Shown: positions 51,565 to 64,000, numbered from the stretch's first letter. The stretch is DNA of 64,000 bases from Mobula hypostoma (GCF_963921235.1 NC_086108.1:110610001-110674000); one strand, 5' to 3'. A program made the numbers and translations. Notes: generated from the letters alone by a model not told the origin.

Positions 51565-53983
51565 CATTCAGCAGCCACTTTATTAGGTACCTGATAAAGT
51601 GAAAACTGAGTGTATGTTCATGGTCTCCTGCTGCTGTAGCCCATCCACTTCAAGGTTCAACGTGCTGTGCGTTCAGAGATGCTCTTCCGCACACCGCTGT
51701 TGTAACGTGTGGTTATTTGAGTTACTCTCGCCTTCCTGTCAGCTTGAACTAGTCTGGCCATTCTCCTCTGACCTCTCTCATTAACGAGGCATTTTCACCC
51801 ACAGAACTGCTGCTGACTGCTGTTTATTTTCTTTGTTTTTCTGCACCATTCTCAGTAAATTCTAGACTATTGTGTGAGAAAATCCCAGGAGTTAAGCAGT
51901 TTCTGAGGCTACGTCCACACTACACCGGATAATTTTGAAAACGAAGCTTTTTCTCTTCGTTTTGACCCTCTGTCCACACTAAAATGACGTTTTCATCCCG
52001 CGAAAATGGAGATTTTCAGAAACGGTCTCCAGAGTGAATAAATCTGAAAACGCCTAATATCCGTTGCAGTGTGGACGGGGTAACCAGAGCGTTTTAAAAC
52101 CGCTGTCATGACGTGCCGGAACAGATGGCGGCAGCCCGGCATTTCATTGTTTTCTTCTTATTATTATTACTTTATTGTCGCCAAACAATTGATACTAGAG
52201 CATACAATCATCACAGCGATATTTGATTCTGCGCTTCGCAGAACCTAACAATTTCAGAACAGATGGCAACAAGACTGAAGCCAGAAGAGTTAGAAATGTA
52301 CTCACCAAATACTTTGACCCATAGCTTGCTGAATAAATAAGTTTACTCACTTTACCCTGTTTTCTGTCCTTGCTTGTATGAAGGTGGTTTACCTATTTAT
52401 GCAAGTACTTCTCTGACAATAGATGTGTAACAGCCTAATGTAACATTGTATGGAAATACAAGATAACACTGATGCAGGCATGTTTTATACATTTAACAAG
52501 GTGCTTTATTAATGCAACAGAGTTAGTCAGTTTTTCAATGTTCGTCATCAGCCGGGTCATACTGTCAGTGAACTCCGTGTCAGTTGCCTCCATACGCTCC
52601 AGTATTTGTTTTTTTTAGTTTTAAGTCCACCTGCGCGAGAGCCAAGAGCAATTCCTTTTAAGTTTTTCTACTCTGTAACTGGACAAACGCGCATTAAGTA
52701 CAACATTTCCTCTTCGCTTGTTTTCTGTGTGTCCTGCGCGTGCCCAGTAGAGGAGATTCGCCCAAATATCTGTGTTAGTGTGGATAGAGATATTTTAAAA
52801 AATGCTTAGTGTGTACGCCTGTCGTTTTTACTCGAAACCGGCGTTTTCAAAATTTTCCAGCGTAGTGTAGACGTAGCCTGAGATACTCAAACACTGATCT
52901 GGTACCAACAATCATTTCAGAATCAGAATCAGGTTTAATATCACTGTAAAATTTGTTGTTATGTGGCAGCAGCACATCGCGATACATCATAATAATAATA
53001 ATAAACAGTAAATTACAGTAAGTATATATATTTAAAACATTAAATTAGATAAATAGTGCAAAAGGAGAAAAATAAAGAGGTGAGGTAGTGTTCATGGGTT
53101 CAATGTCCATTCAGAGATCTGATGGCGGAGGGGAAGAAGCTGTTCCTGAATCATTGAGTGTGTGCCTTCAGGCTCCTGTACCTCCTCTTTGTTGGTAGCA
53201 ATGAGAATAGGGCTTATCCTGGGTGATGGGGGTCCTTAAGGAGATGCTGCTCTTTCGAGGCATTGCTCCTTGAAGATGTCCTTAATGCTGGGGAGGCTAG
53301 TGCCCATGATGGATCTGACCGACTTCACAAATTTTTGCACCTTATTTCAATCCCTCGCGTCGTCCCCCCCATACCAAACGGTAATGCAACCAGTCGGAAT
53401 GCTCTCCGCAGTACATGTGTAGAAATTTGCGAGTAACTTTGTTAACATACCGAATCTCCTCTGACTCCTAATGAAGTATAGCCATTGTCATGCCTTCTTT
53501 GTAACTGCATCGATATGTTGGGCCCCGGTTAGATCTTCAGAGATGCTGACACCCAGAAACTGGAAATTGCTCACTCTTTCCACTGCTGATCTCATGGTCA
53601 AAGTCATTTCTTCCCCATTCTGATGTTTGGTCTGAACAGCAACTGAACTTCTCGACCATGTCTGCATGCTTTTATGCATTGAGTTGCTGCCACATGATTA
53701 GCTGATTAGATAAGACCATAAGACAAAGGAGCAGAAGTCAGCCATTCAGCCCATCGAGTCTGCTCTGCCATTTTATCATGAGCTGATCCATTCTCCCATT
53801 TAGTCCCACTCCCCCGCCTTCTCACCATAACCTTTGATGCTCTGGCTACTCAGATACCTATCAATCTCTGCCTTAAGTACACCCAATGACTTGGTCTCCA
53901 CTGCCACCTGTGGCAACAAATTCCATAGATATTTGCATTAATGAGCAGTGTACGGGTGTACCTAATAAAGTGGCCAATGAGTG
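51565..53983. mobile_element. Tc1/mariner-type MITE, interrupted by later insertions
   Basis: Terminal inverted motif GCCACTTTATTAGGTAC / GTACCTAATAAAGTGGC, with TA at the right flank. Confidence 0.65.
51907..52878. mobile_element. PIF/Harbinger-type MITE
   Basis: About 37-bp TIRs GGCTACGTCCACACTAC...TTTTGAAAACG (about 4 mismatches), 3-bp TSD TGA, no ORF. Confidence 0.85.
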
Positions 53984-56151
53984 TATGTCACCATAAACTA
54001 CCCTGTGGACATTTACAGTAGTTTAAAAGAAATACAAAAGAATCAATGTAAAACTGCACACAAAGGCAGAGAAAAAAACTAATGTACAAATGCAGGAAAG
54101 GGAAAAAAAACATTTAAATAAGTAATAAATATCGAGAACGTGAATTGTAGAGTCCTTGAGTTGTGAGTCCATAGGTTGTGGGAACAGTTCAGTGATGGGG
54201 TGAGTGAAGTTATCCCCCCTGGTTGAGGGGTAATAACTGTTCCTGAATTTAAGGTTTCTATACCTTCTTCCATACAGGTGGGTAAGCTGATGCACTGGGC
54301 AGTTTTGACTACCCGTTGTAAAGCCTTCCTGTAGTGTTAATTATTTTCGTTATTTATTGGGATACAGCATGGATCAGGTTCCTCCAGCTCTTCCAGCCAC
54401 ACTGCCCAGCAACCCCCGATTAAACCCTAGTCTAATCATCGGACAATTTACACTGACTAATGAGCCTACCAACCGGTACGTCTTTGAAGTCTGGGAGGAA
54501 ACCGCAGCACTCAGAGGAAACCCACACGGTCACGGGGAGAACATACAAACTCCTTACAGACAGCGGTGGGAATTGAACCTGCGTCGCTGGTACCGCAAAG
54601 CGTTGTGCTGACCACTGCACTACCGATCACTGCCCATGCAGTGATGCACTCTACTGTGCACTTGTCGAAGGTGAGTATTGATGTGCGTACTCCAGCTCTC
54701 TTAAGCCTGCTCAGAAAGAATTTGAACATGTATTTGAATAATCTAATCAATTGTGAAAGGACATTACTTATTAACTTACTGCTGTTGACCATTGACCAGC
54801 CAATCTCATGGCCGTACCACAGATAGATAAACAGGGTGACAAGAAGTAAAATCCTTGATAAATATGAGTATAACACAGAATTTGTTCAACACACACTGTT
54901 TTTTCCCAACAAGCCAATGTTACGGGATGAATTCGTCACTTTTAAACTTTAGTTTTGTATTTTCCTCTCCAGGTTTGATTCAATCGTTCTGTGAATTCAG
55001 CATTTGTGGCAAACTCTCAGATCTCACATCAGTGAGCTTGTGAGTCAAGACCAGTGTTTGCCAGTTAATTAAAGTTCAAAGCTCAAAGTTGAAAGTAAAT
55101 TTATTATCAAAGTATATCCATCACCATATACAACCCTGAGATTCACTTTTTTGCAAACATTCATGATGAACACAAGAAACACAACAGAATCAATGAAAGA
55201 CCACACCCAACAGGATGGACAGACAACCAGTATACAAAATGCCACAAAATATGTAAATACAAAAAGAAAGGAAAAATATGAAATATTAATAGCAATAAAT
55301 AAGTAAGCAATAAATATTAAGAACGTAGCCTTGATAGAGGTCAATGTGGAGAGGATGTTTCCTATGGTGGGAGAGTCTAAGACGAGAGGACACAGCCTCA
55401 GAGTAGAGGGGCATTATTTTAGAACAGAGATGAGGAAGAATTTCTTCAGTCTGAGCGTGGTGAGTCTGTGGAATTGTTTGCCACAGGCAGCTGTGGAGCC
55501 AAAGTCTTTATTTATATCTAAGGCAAAGGTTGATAGATTCTTGATTGGTCAGGGCATGAAGAGATATGGGGAAGAGGGCAGGAGATTGGGGCTGATGAAA
55601 ATTGGATCGGCCATGATGAAATAACAGAGCAGACTTGATGGGCCAAATGGTTTATTTCTGCTCCTACATCTTAAGGTCTTATGGTCTTATGAAGAGCCTG
55701 AAGTAATTTCATAGGTTTTGGGAACAGCTCAGTGATAGGGCAAGTGAAATTGAGTGAAGTTTTCCCCTCTAGTTCAAAAGCATGATGGATGAAGGGTACT
55801 AAATGTTGCTGAAAATGATGGTGGGGGTCCTGAGGCTTCTGTACCTCCTTCCTGATGGCAGCAGCAAGAAGAGAGCCTGTCCTGAACCGTGGGGGTCCTT
55901 GATGATGGATGCTGCTTTCCTGCAATATTTAAACCCAGGAACAGCACAGCTAAATTCAAGATTCAAGTTTATTTATCCAAATGCACATTGAAGCAATTAG
56001 TGAAATACATCATTTGTGCTAATGACCAGCATACCCGAGGGAGTAGCCCACAATTGTCCCCACGCATTCTGGTGTCAACATATCAAGCCCAAAATGTTCG
56101 TCAGAACAACACAGAACACGCAACAGCAAAACAAGCCCCTTTCCTCCCTCC

Positions 56152-56154
<3 letters not shown>

Positions 56155-56207
<53 letters not shown>
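56155..56207. repeat. (AC)n microsatellite
   Basis: Seen directly in the sequence. Confidence 0.95.
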
Positions 56208-57489
56208 GTCCTTTAAGCCCACGAAAGACTTCCAGCCTCCAGCAGACTTGGACTTGCAGACTTTGGACTTCAACTTCCCAATGAAATTTAGTCTCATTCC
56301 TGAACTCAAATCAATCTTCCAAATGGCGAGAGGCCTCACACAGGGATCAGGCCTCAGCTCACACAAGGGATAAAAAATGTATAGTATATGTCATACTTGA
56401 CTCCTTTTGGGCAGGTGGGGTTCCTCGACTGAGGTTGGCAAATCATATGAGAGAAGAAAATCTCTGAAGTCAAACCTCCGCTACCTTGTACCTCAAGGGA
56501 AAGGCTTTGGGAGTAAATCCCAAGGAAAAAGATGGAGCTGGAACCCCTAATGTTTTCTTCAATGCTGACTGGCAGCTCCTGCGATGCCACTGGTGCCAAA
56601 CAGTATCGGTCTCTGCCATTCCTTTGGGTTCATCATTTGCACGGAGAGGGGGCACCTGCTGCATGGGCCACAGCTTGCTCTCCATATTGTATTGCCCTGG
56701 CTTGTGTACTGGCTTGAGCATCAAAACGTAGACAGCCAAGATGCAACATCCGTGGTTGACCCGACCAACAGAGGGCTGCACGACTTGTTTCTAGGGTGGT
56801 GAGTCTAGAGGTTGGTAAACACGAGGAAATCTGCAGATGCTGGAAATTCAAGCAACACACATCAAAGTTGCTGGTCCTGACGCAGGGTCTTGGCCTGAAA
56901 CGTCAACTGTACCTCTTCCTAGAGGCTGGTATTGGAATTGGTTTATTATTGTCACATATACTGAGGTAGAGGGAAGTTTGTCTTGCATACTGTTCATACA
57001 GGTCAGATCAGTACACAGTGCATTGAGGTAGTACAATACAGAATAAAGTGTAAAAGCACAGTAGCACAATCACTCACCAGCGATCACTGATCGAGGTTCA
57101 ATTCCCATCCATGTTTGTAAGGAGTTTGTATGTTCTCCCTGAGATAGTGTGGGTTTCCTCTGGGTGCTCTGTTTTCCTCCCACATTCCGTCATTTCTCTC
57201 AGTCTCCTATGCTCCAGGAAAATAAAGTCAGTCTGTCCAGCCTCCCCTTCAATAGCTCAAGCCCTCCATCTCAGAACCATTCCTGTGAATCTTCTCTACA
57301 TCCTTTCCAGCTCAAAGTCATCCTTCCTATAGCTGGGCAACCAGAACTGCACACAGTAGCCCAGTTGTTGTCTCACCAGCATCATGCGTGGTTGTATTAA
57401 CCAGGCCAGAGAAAGACAGCAAGTGTCATTCCCCGAAAAATACTTGAGAACCAGATGGAGTTCTGTCATGAACCCAGGAATGAAAGGGT

Positions 57490-58640
57490 TCAAAGTTAAA
57501 AGTAAATTTAATGCCAAAGTACATATATGTTACCATATGCAACCCTGAGATTCATTTTCTTATGAGCAAACTCAATAAATCCATAATAAAATAATAACCA
57601 TAATAGAACCAATGAAAGACCGCACCAACCAATGTGCAAAAGGCAACAAACTGCAAATACAAAAAGAAAGAAATAATAATAATCAGTAAATAACCAATCA
57701 GCAGCAGGAACATGAGATGAAGAGTCCTTGAAAGTGAGTCCGTAGGTTGTGGGAACAATTCAGTGAAGTTGAGTGTAGTTATCCCTTTTGGATCAGGAGC
57801 CTGATGGTTGAGGGGGTAATAACTGTTCCTGAACCTGGTGGTGAGAATCCTGCAACTCTTGTACCTTTTATCTGATGGCAACAGCAATAAAAGAGCACGT
57901 TCTAGGAAGTGGGTGTCCCTGATGATGGATGCTGCTTTCCTGAGACAACGCTTCATGTAGACATGCTCAATGGTGGGGAGGGCTTTTACCTGTGATGGAC
58001 TGGGCCATATCCATGACTTTTCAAGGGCATCGGTGTTTCTGTACCAGGCTGTTAAGCAGCAATATACTGTACACATCTATAGAAGTTTGTCTAAGTTTTA
58101 GATGTCATGCTGAATCTTTGCAAAATCCTAAGGAAGTAGAGCTGCTGCCGTGCTTTCTTTGTAATTGCACTTGAGGAATTTAAAGTTTCTGACCCTCTTC
58201 ACCTCTGATCCTCCAATGAGGACTGCCTCATAGACTTGTGTTTTCCTCCTCCTGAAGACAATAATCAGCTCCTTGGTCTTGCTGGCATTGCGTGAGGGGT
58301 TGCTGTTGTGGCACCACTCAGCCAGATTTTCAATCTGCTCACCGTACGTTGATTTTGTCACCACTTTTGAATCAGCCTACGACAGTGGTGCCGTCATAAA
58401 TCTTGAATAAGGCACCGGAGCTGTGTTTAGCCACAGTCATAGGTGTAAAGCGAGTAGAGCAGGGGGCTAAGCACACAGCCCTGTGGTGCGCCTGTGCTGA
58501 TGGAGATTGTGGAGGAGATGTTGTTGCCAATCCAAACTGACTGGGGTCTGCCAGTGAGGAAATCGAGGATCCAATTGCACAAGGAGGTATTGAGGCCAAG
58601 GCCTTGCAGCTTATTGATTAGTTTGAGGGGATGATGGTAT
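57490..58640 (-). mobile_element. Decayed Rex/L2-like LINE 3' part
   Basis: [15 protein letters not shown] motif (ORF 58427..58714). Its 3' tail family (TTTACTTTGAACTTTG) recurs many times, e.g. about 5780-6240, 22420-23100, 28760-29460 and 36260-36840. Confidence 0.7.
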
Positions 58641-59971
58641 TGAATTAATGTATGAGAAGTGTTTGATGGCATGTATTTACTGAAATTTAGAATGAGGGGT
58701 GACCTCATTGACACCTGTCAGATATTGAAAGACCTAGATAGAGTGGATGTGGGGAGGATGCTTCCTGTAGTGGTGAGTCTTGGACCAGAGACTACAGCTT
58801 TAGAATAGAGGGACATCCATTTAGAACGGAGATCTTTAGCCACAGTATGGTTAATCTGTGAAATTCATTGCACAGATGGCTGTGGAGGCCAACTCATTGG
58901 GTATATTATGTTACGTACCCCGTAACTGGGTTGCCAAACCAGCAGAAATGGATCACTCAGTTGGAGTCTGGATTACTAGAACTAAGAAAGTTTTATTAAA
59001 GAAACAAGCAACACAGTACTCCAATCAAAAGGATAATAAATGCAACAGTTCAGCAATGATAAACACACATGTACACACAATTAAGATAACAGGATCAATC
59101 AAGCTCTATCGTCGTCTAGGGGTAAATGACCAGTTTCAAAGTGACGCAAAGTTCAGTTCAGTTGAGTTCAGTTCAGTTCACAGTAATCACTGCCGTGGGA
59201 GATGGACAGTGGGGGGAAGGAGAGAGAGAGAGAGCAAAAGCGAATGAATATTCAAACGGCTTCCACACAGACCTTCAATATTCTTCGCAGTCAGCTTTCG
59301 GGCGAGCCCTTTGTGATGTCTTCTGAGGTCACCGACCGTGACCCCTCCGTTTCCAGATACGATCGTTTCTCTGCAGTGAACCTGGCACCCAGGCAAGGGC
59401 GGACATACACCAGGTTCCCGCCGATCGTACCTTTCCACCCTGTGCGTCTATGGCTTGGTTCCGCGACCAGCCCTCCAAATACTCCCACCGACTTGTGGGA
59501 GGCGCACCGCTTCCAGGGTCTCGTTACCTCGTGGTGTCGTGTGTGTCTTGCCTTAGCGAACCTGTCCCTTTTTATCCCCCTGCTGGGGTATCGCCTGTCC
59601 ATCACTTCAAACAGTTCAGGGTTCAAAGGGGGAGCCGATCTTGACAGCTCTCCTTCCGTCCCTTCATTAACATCTCCAAATGCTGCTCTCTTGTTTTCCT
59701 TATCTCTCTTTCTCCTGAAGACAGGTGGCAGACCAACTGCTGATCCCACTAGTGCCAGCACAGGACAGCTAACGTCTTAATCTATGTGTACTCTCGTCAC
59801 ACCCCTCACCTTTAAGGATTTTTACCGGGGTAAAAATTACAAACATGAATACATTATTTGATACACACAAATATACATCTTTATCAGCTATTTGGCTAAT
59901 ACAGTGAATTTGAAGTTGTCAACACCTGACAGACAGCCAGCCATCACATTTCCTGTTCCTTTTATATGTTA

Positions 59972-61726
59972 TTAATAATCCCTTAACCCAGGCTCCAATT
60001 TAGCAAACTTCATAGTGGCCAAAAACACTGATGAATTGCGATCAATGTAACCTCTCATTGGGTTTCGTCCCGGACCACAATAACAAGGGTCATCCCATTC
60101 TGACTTAGTTTTCTCTCGCAAGGGCTTAGCAGGAGGGGGAGGGGTAGTAACCGCAGAGTTATTGCAAAACTTCCTACAGTACCCCACCATCTCCAAGAGC
60201 CTTCTGAGGGCCCTCTTGTCTGTCGGTGTTGGGATGTCAGAGAAAGCCTGCAATGTAGCTTGCATCGCTGCCAGCTGCCCCTGTGTCACCACAATTCCCA
60301 GGTAAGTGACCTTCGTGTGGCCGAACTCATTTTTTTCAAGGTTCACTATCAGGCTGGCTTCAGACAGCTGTATTACATCGCCAATATACACTCCTGTGTT
60401 CGTTAGTCCTTTCATCACTGAATTACTCATTCTATAGGGCTGTTGCTCACTAGGCTGACCTAGCGTAACAAACACCACCCAACGTCCCAGTTCTTTGCAT
60501 CGCCTCGGGACAATCAAACACACGTGTGCGAGCCGTTTAATTACTTCTCCTAAAGAGTCGCTTTGTTCGGGGATTAAGGGAGAGACCTTATCAGCAGAGC
60601 TGGCCAAAACAATAGCCTTCTCCCAGCTGGTCGATACCATACTCATCTTTTCAAAATGGTGTTTTTTTCTTATCAGGGGGACCTTAGCTTCATTGATTTC
60701 TGCGCTAACACCGACTAGGTTTGTTAGCATATCAAAAGCCTGTGACCGTCTCAGTTTGCGTCTGCCATAATCAATAACATCCTTCCTCCTGTGCAGCCGG
60801 TAAACCTCTTTCATGATTCCACCAACTGTTTCCTCTAGCACCGCAAAATGTCCACCGAGGGGTACCTTGTGGGCCAGGTTAAAAATCTCATCCCCATAAC
60901 TCTTTTGCACCACCCCCCATTCCTCATCTGCGGGTACGGTACTTGGTCTCCCTTTCCTCCTTAGCACTTCCTCCTCCACACAATAGCCTACTGGCTCCCT
61001 TCTTAATTCTGCGTCAGAGAGAGCTGTCTCCGCCAAAACCATCAACCCCTCCTCTCGCTCCTGTGCCTGCACAAATTCTTTCCTGGCTAATGCTAAGTCT
61101 GTCTCAGCTCCCTCACTACCTCTTGTCTCACTACACTCCTTCTTTTCACTTTCTACCTCCTCCTGGTACGTCTCAGCTAAATTTACTTCGGCAGTCCCGT
61201 GATGAACCTGTGAGTCCATGGGCGGGGCCTCAATGCTGGCAGGCTGACCAGTCAATCTTACGGCTGGGAACACGATTCCCCCGGCGAGGTCATTACCGAG
61301 CAAGACCTCCACGCCTGTCATCGGTAATTCGGGCCTCACCCCGATCGTGACTAGTCCAGAGACCAGGTTGCTTTGTAGGTGTATCTGGTGCAAAGGGACT
61401 GCCTCTGTCCCTTCCCCAATACCTTTGACCTTGACCTCCCCAGTCTGGGTCTCTGAACTAAACTCTAATACACTCTTCAATATCAATGACTGACACGCTC
61501 CCGTGTCTCTCCAGATCCGCACTGGAACTGGGTTTAATCCCTCCTTCACTGACACCAATTCGGCCGAGATAAACTCTCGCGCCATTCCCGAACTTTGGCA
61601 GACCTTTCCTCTCCTAGCGGTTCGTTTACCAGCTCGATACAACCAGTCAAAATCGCCATTTTTCCTTTTCCCGTCTCCTTCTTTGGGGCAAAGCACCTGG
61701 ACGCAAAGTGTCCGGCTTTCCCACAA
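59972..61726 (-). pseudogene. Truncated pol: protease, integrase N-terminal remnant, RT remnants
   Basis: RDTGACQS aspartic protease motif; LAHKVPLGGH (His pair of the integrase zinc finger); then VYIGDV (damaged YxDD) and VNLEK.EF....VTYLG. No integrase core or full RT is visible. Confidence 0.8.
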
Positions 61727-62952
61727 TTATAACAGACGACCCCAGGAGACTTCCTACCAAACTGCTCCCGGTCTACCTTATCCTTCTCACTAGTCCCCGG
61801 CTTACTTTCTGACTTTTCTGGCGGACTCTCCCCGCCGTCCTGACTACCCTTCTGGTAGCCTTTACTCTGGGCAAACTTCATTTTATGCGTCAACGCATAC
61901 TCATCCGCTAACATAGCAGTTGCGGCTAACGTGGCTGCCTCTTTCTCATCTAGGTAGGGTCTCATACCCTCCGGGACACAACCTTTAAACTGCTCAATCA
62001 GGATCAGCTGTAGCAGTCTGTCATAATCCCCCTCTACCCCCTTGGAGGCGCACCAACGCTCACAATATGTCTGCATCTCATGGGCAAACTCTAAATACGT
62101 GCGGTCCCACTGCTTCCTCGCATTCCGGAACCTCTGCCGGTATGCCTCCGGGACCAACTCATAAATCCTGAGGATGGCCTCTTTCACCACCTCATACCTC
62201 TGGGCATCTTCCACGGACAAAGCTGAGTAAGCTTGTTGGGCTTTCCCTTTCAGTACACTCTGAAGCAAAACAGCCCACTTATCCCTCGGCCAGTCCTGAC
62301 TTGTAGCAACTTTTTCGAAATGGAGAAAGTACCGATCCACATCGGTATCGTCAAATGGGGGAACCAGCCTAACCTCCTGGGTCGCCCTGAACCCTCCACC
62401 TTGGTTTGGCATGGGCCCCTGCTCTGCCCTTATCTTTAACTTCTCCAGCTCAAATTCCCTTTCCCTCTGTTTCTCCAACTGCCTCTCTTCTCGCTCCAAC
62501 TGTCTCTCTCTCTCTCTCTCTCCTGCCTTTCTAACTCGCTCTCCTGCCTTTCTAACTCTCTCTCTCTCTCTCTCTCTCCTGCCTTTCTAACTGTCTCTCT
62601 CTCTCTCCTGCCTTTCTAACTCTCTCTCTTTCTCTTCTTGCTCCCATTGCCTCTCTTTCTCTTCGTGTTCTAGCTGCCGTACCCGGAACTCGTGCTCGAG
62701 TCTCAGTTTTTCAAGCTGCACCTGTACCGCGTCTCCAGCAGGTTTTTCAATAGACACCACCTCCAGCTCCCCTTGGGGAAACACACCTTTAGATACATAG
62801 TGCTCTACGATAGCTCTGTGTATCTCCTCTCTCCTCATTGTCGGCTTCCCCTTAACAAGATTCAACTGTTTGGCCACAGCTGCCAATTCCACTTTCCTGG
62901 CATCCTCCAATGCCTCCAAGGTCGGCGCCTTTATAAATTCCTCAGCCTCCAT
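61546..62952 (-). pseudogene. Retrotransposon gag with SCAN-like capsid region and CCHC zinc knuckle, split into two ORFs
   Basis: ORFs 62587..62952 and 61546..62499 contain EAYRQRFR...LIEQF and CYNCGKAGHFASRC. They are interrupted by a GA-rich tandem repeat at about 62500-62640. Confidence 0.85.
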
Positions 62953-64000
62953 TTCTGCTGTTTGTCTTTTCTTTCTTTCGGGAATTTTAACCCAATCAAT
63001 TTACTCCGTCCCAAATTTAGCATTCAAAATCGCGGACGAGAACCCCACTTATGTTACGTACCCCGTAACTGGGTTGCCAAACCAGCAGAAATGGATCACT
63101 CAGTTGGAGTCTGGATTACTAGAACTAAGAAAGTTTTATTAAAGAAACAAGCAACACAGTACTCCAATCAAAAGGATAATAAATGCAACAGTTCAGCAAT
63201 GATAAACACACATGTACACACAATTAAGATAACAGGATCAATCAAGCTCTATCGTCGTCTAGGGGTAAATGACCAGTTTCAAAGTGACGCAAAGTTCAGT
63301 TCAGTTGAGTTCAGTTCAGTTCACAGTAATCACTGCCGTGGGAGATGGACAGTGGGGGGAAGGAGAGAGAGAGAGAGCAAAAGCGAATGAATATTCAAAC
63401 GGCTTCCACACAGACCTTCAATATTCTTCGCAGTCAGCTTTCGGGCGAGCCCTTTGTGATGTCTTCTGAGGTCACCGACCGTGACCCCTCCGTTTCCAGA
63501 TACGATCGTTTCTCTGCAGTAAATCTGGCACCCAGGCAAGGGCGGACACACACCAGGTTCCCGCCGATCATACCTTTCCACCCTGTGCGTCTATGGCTTG
63601 GTCCCGCGACCAGCCCTCCAAAAACTCCCACTGACTTGTGGGAGGCGCACCGCTTCCAGGGTCTTGTTACCTCGTGGTGTCATGTGTGTCTTGCCTTAGC
63701 GAACCTGTCCCTTTTTATCCCCCTGCTGAGGTATCGCCTGTCCATCACTTCAAACAGTTCAGGGTTCAAAGGGGGAGCCGATCTTGACAGCTCTCCTTCC
63801 GTCCCTTCATTAACATCTTCAAATGCTGCTCTCTTGTTTTCCTTATCTCTCTTTCTCCTGAAGACAGGTGGCAGACCAACTGCTGATCCCATTGGTGCCA
63901 GCACAGGACAGCTAACATCTTAATCTATGTGTACTCTCGTCACAATTAGAAGTGGAGGTTGATAGGTTTTTGATTAGTCAAGGTGTCAAAGGTTACGGGG

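Larger units (their letters stand above)
58909..63944 (-). mobile_element. Gypsy LTR retrotransposon, Gmr1-like, internally deleted, in dnase2b intron 3
   Basis: Two 893-bp TG...CA LTRs (58909-59801 and 63052-63944) with a 4-bp TSD ATTA, inserted in a CR1 fragment. tRNA-Pro-like primer binding site TGGGGTTCTCGTCCGCGAT at 63029-63047 and a polypurine tract at 59802-59813. Confidence 0.95.

Noticed and set aside
59148..59182. (AGTTC)n and other short tandem runs as a CRISPR-like array
   Set aside because: Simple repeats without unique spacers, in eukaryotic LTR or LINE-tail context.
59202..59780. 192-aa ORF duplicated at 63345..63923
   Set aside because: It lies inside the LTRs, so the duplication is explained. 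No recognisable domain.
50975..64000. dnase2b exon 4 (expected GFWLIHS.P.FP motif)
   Set aside because: Not found by eye. It most likely lies beyond the window end, so its absence is not evidence of gene truncation.

Overview
Repeat-dense vertebrate genomic DNA. The repeat content (CR1 LINEs, V-domain tRNA-SINEs, Penelope-like elements, Rex/Babar and RTE fragments) suggests a cartilaginous fish, probably a ray; this is inference. Two spliced host genes lie head-to-head, and most of their exons are missing from the ORF track. On the minus strand is urate oxidase (uox), exons 1-4, reading toward the window start, with a compact TATA/HNF1/CCAAT promoter at about 22.3-22.4 kb. On the plus strand is DNase II-beta (dnase2b), coding exons 1-3. 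All seven exons have GT-AG boundaries, compatible phases and no stop codons. The rest is mobile DNA: a two-LTR, internally deleted Gmr1-like Gypsy element, a decayed hAT transposon, Harbinger and Tc1 MITEs, solo LTRs, a HERO fragment and many Penelope ends carrying minimal hammerhead ribozyme motifs. The most notable observations are (1) a SINE inserted inside the uox exon-3 splice donor, (2) fold-back mini-Penelope elements whose inversion points fall at the hammerhead core, and (3) an LTR pair that is identical over one half and about 3% diverged over the other. No prokaryotic-type system such as CRISPR is present. All calls were made by eye with no database searches, so repeat boundaries without a stated target-site duplication (TSD) are approximate.
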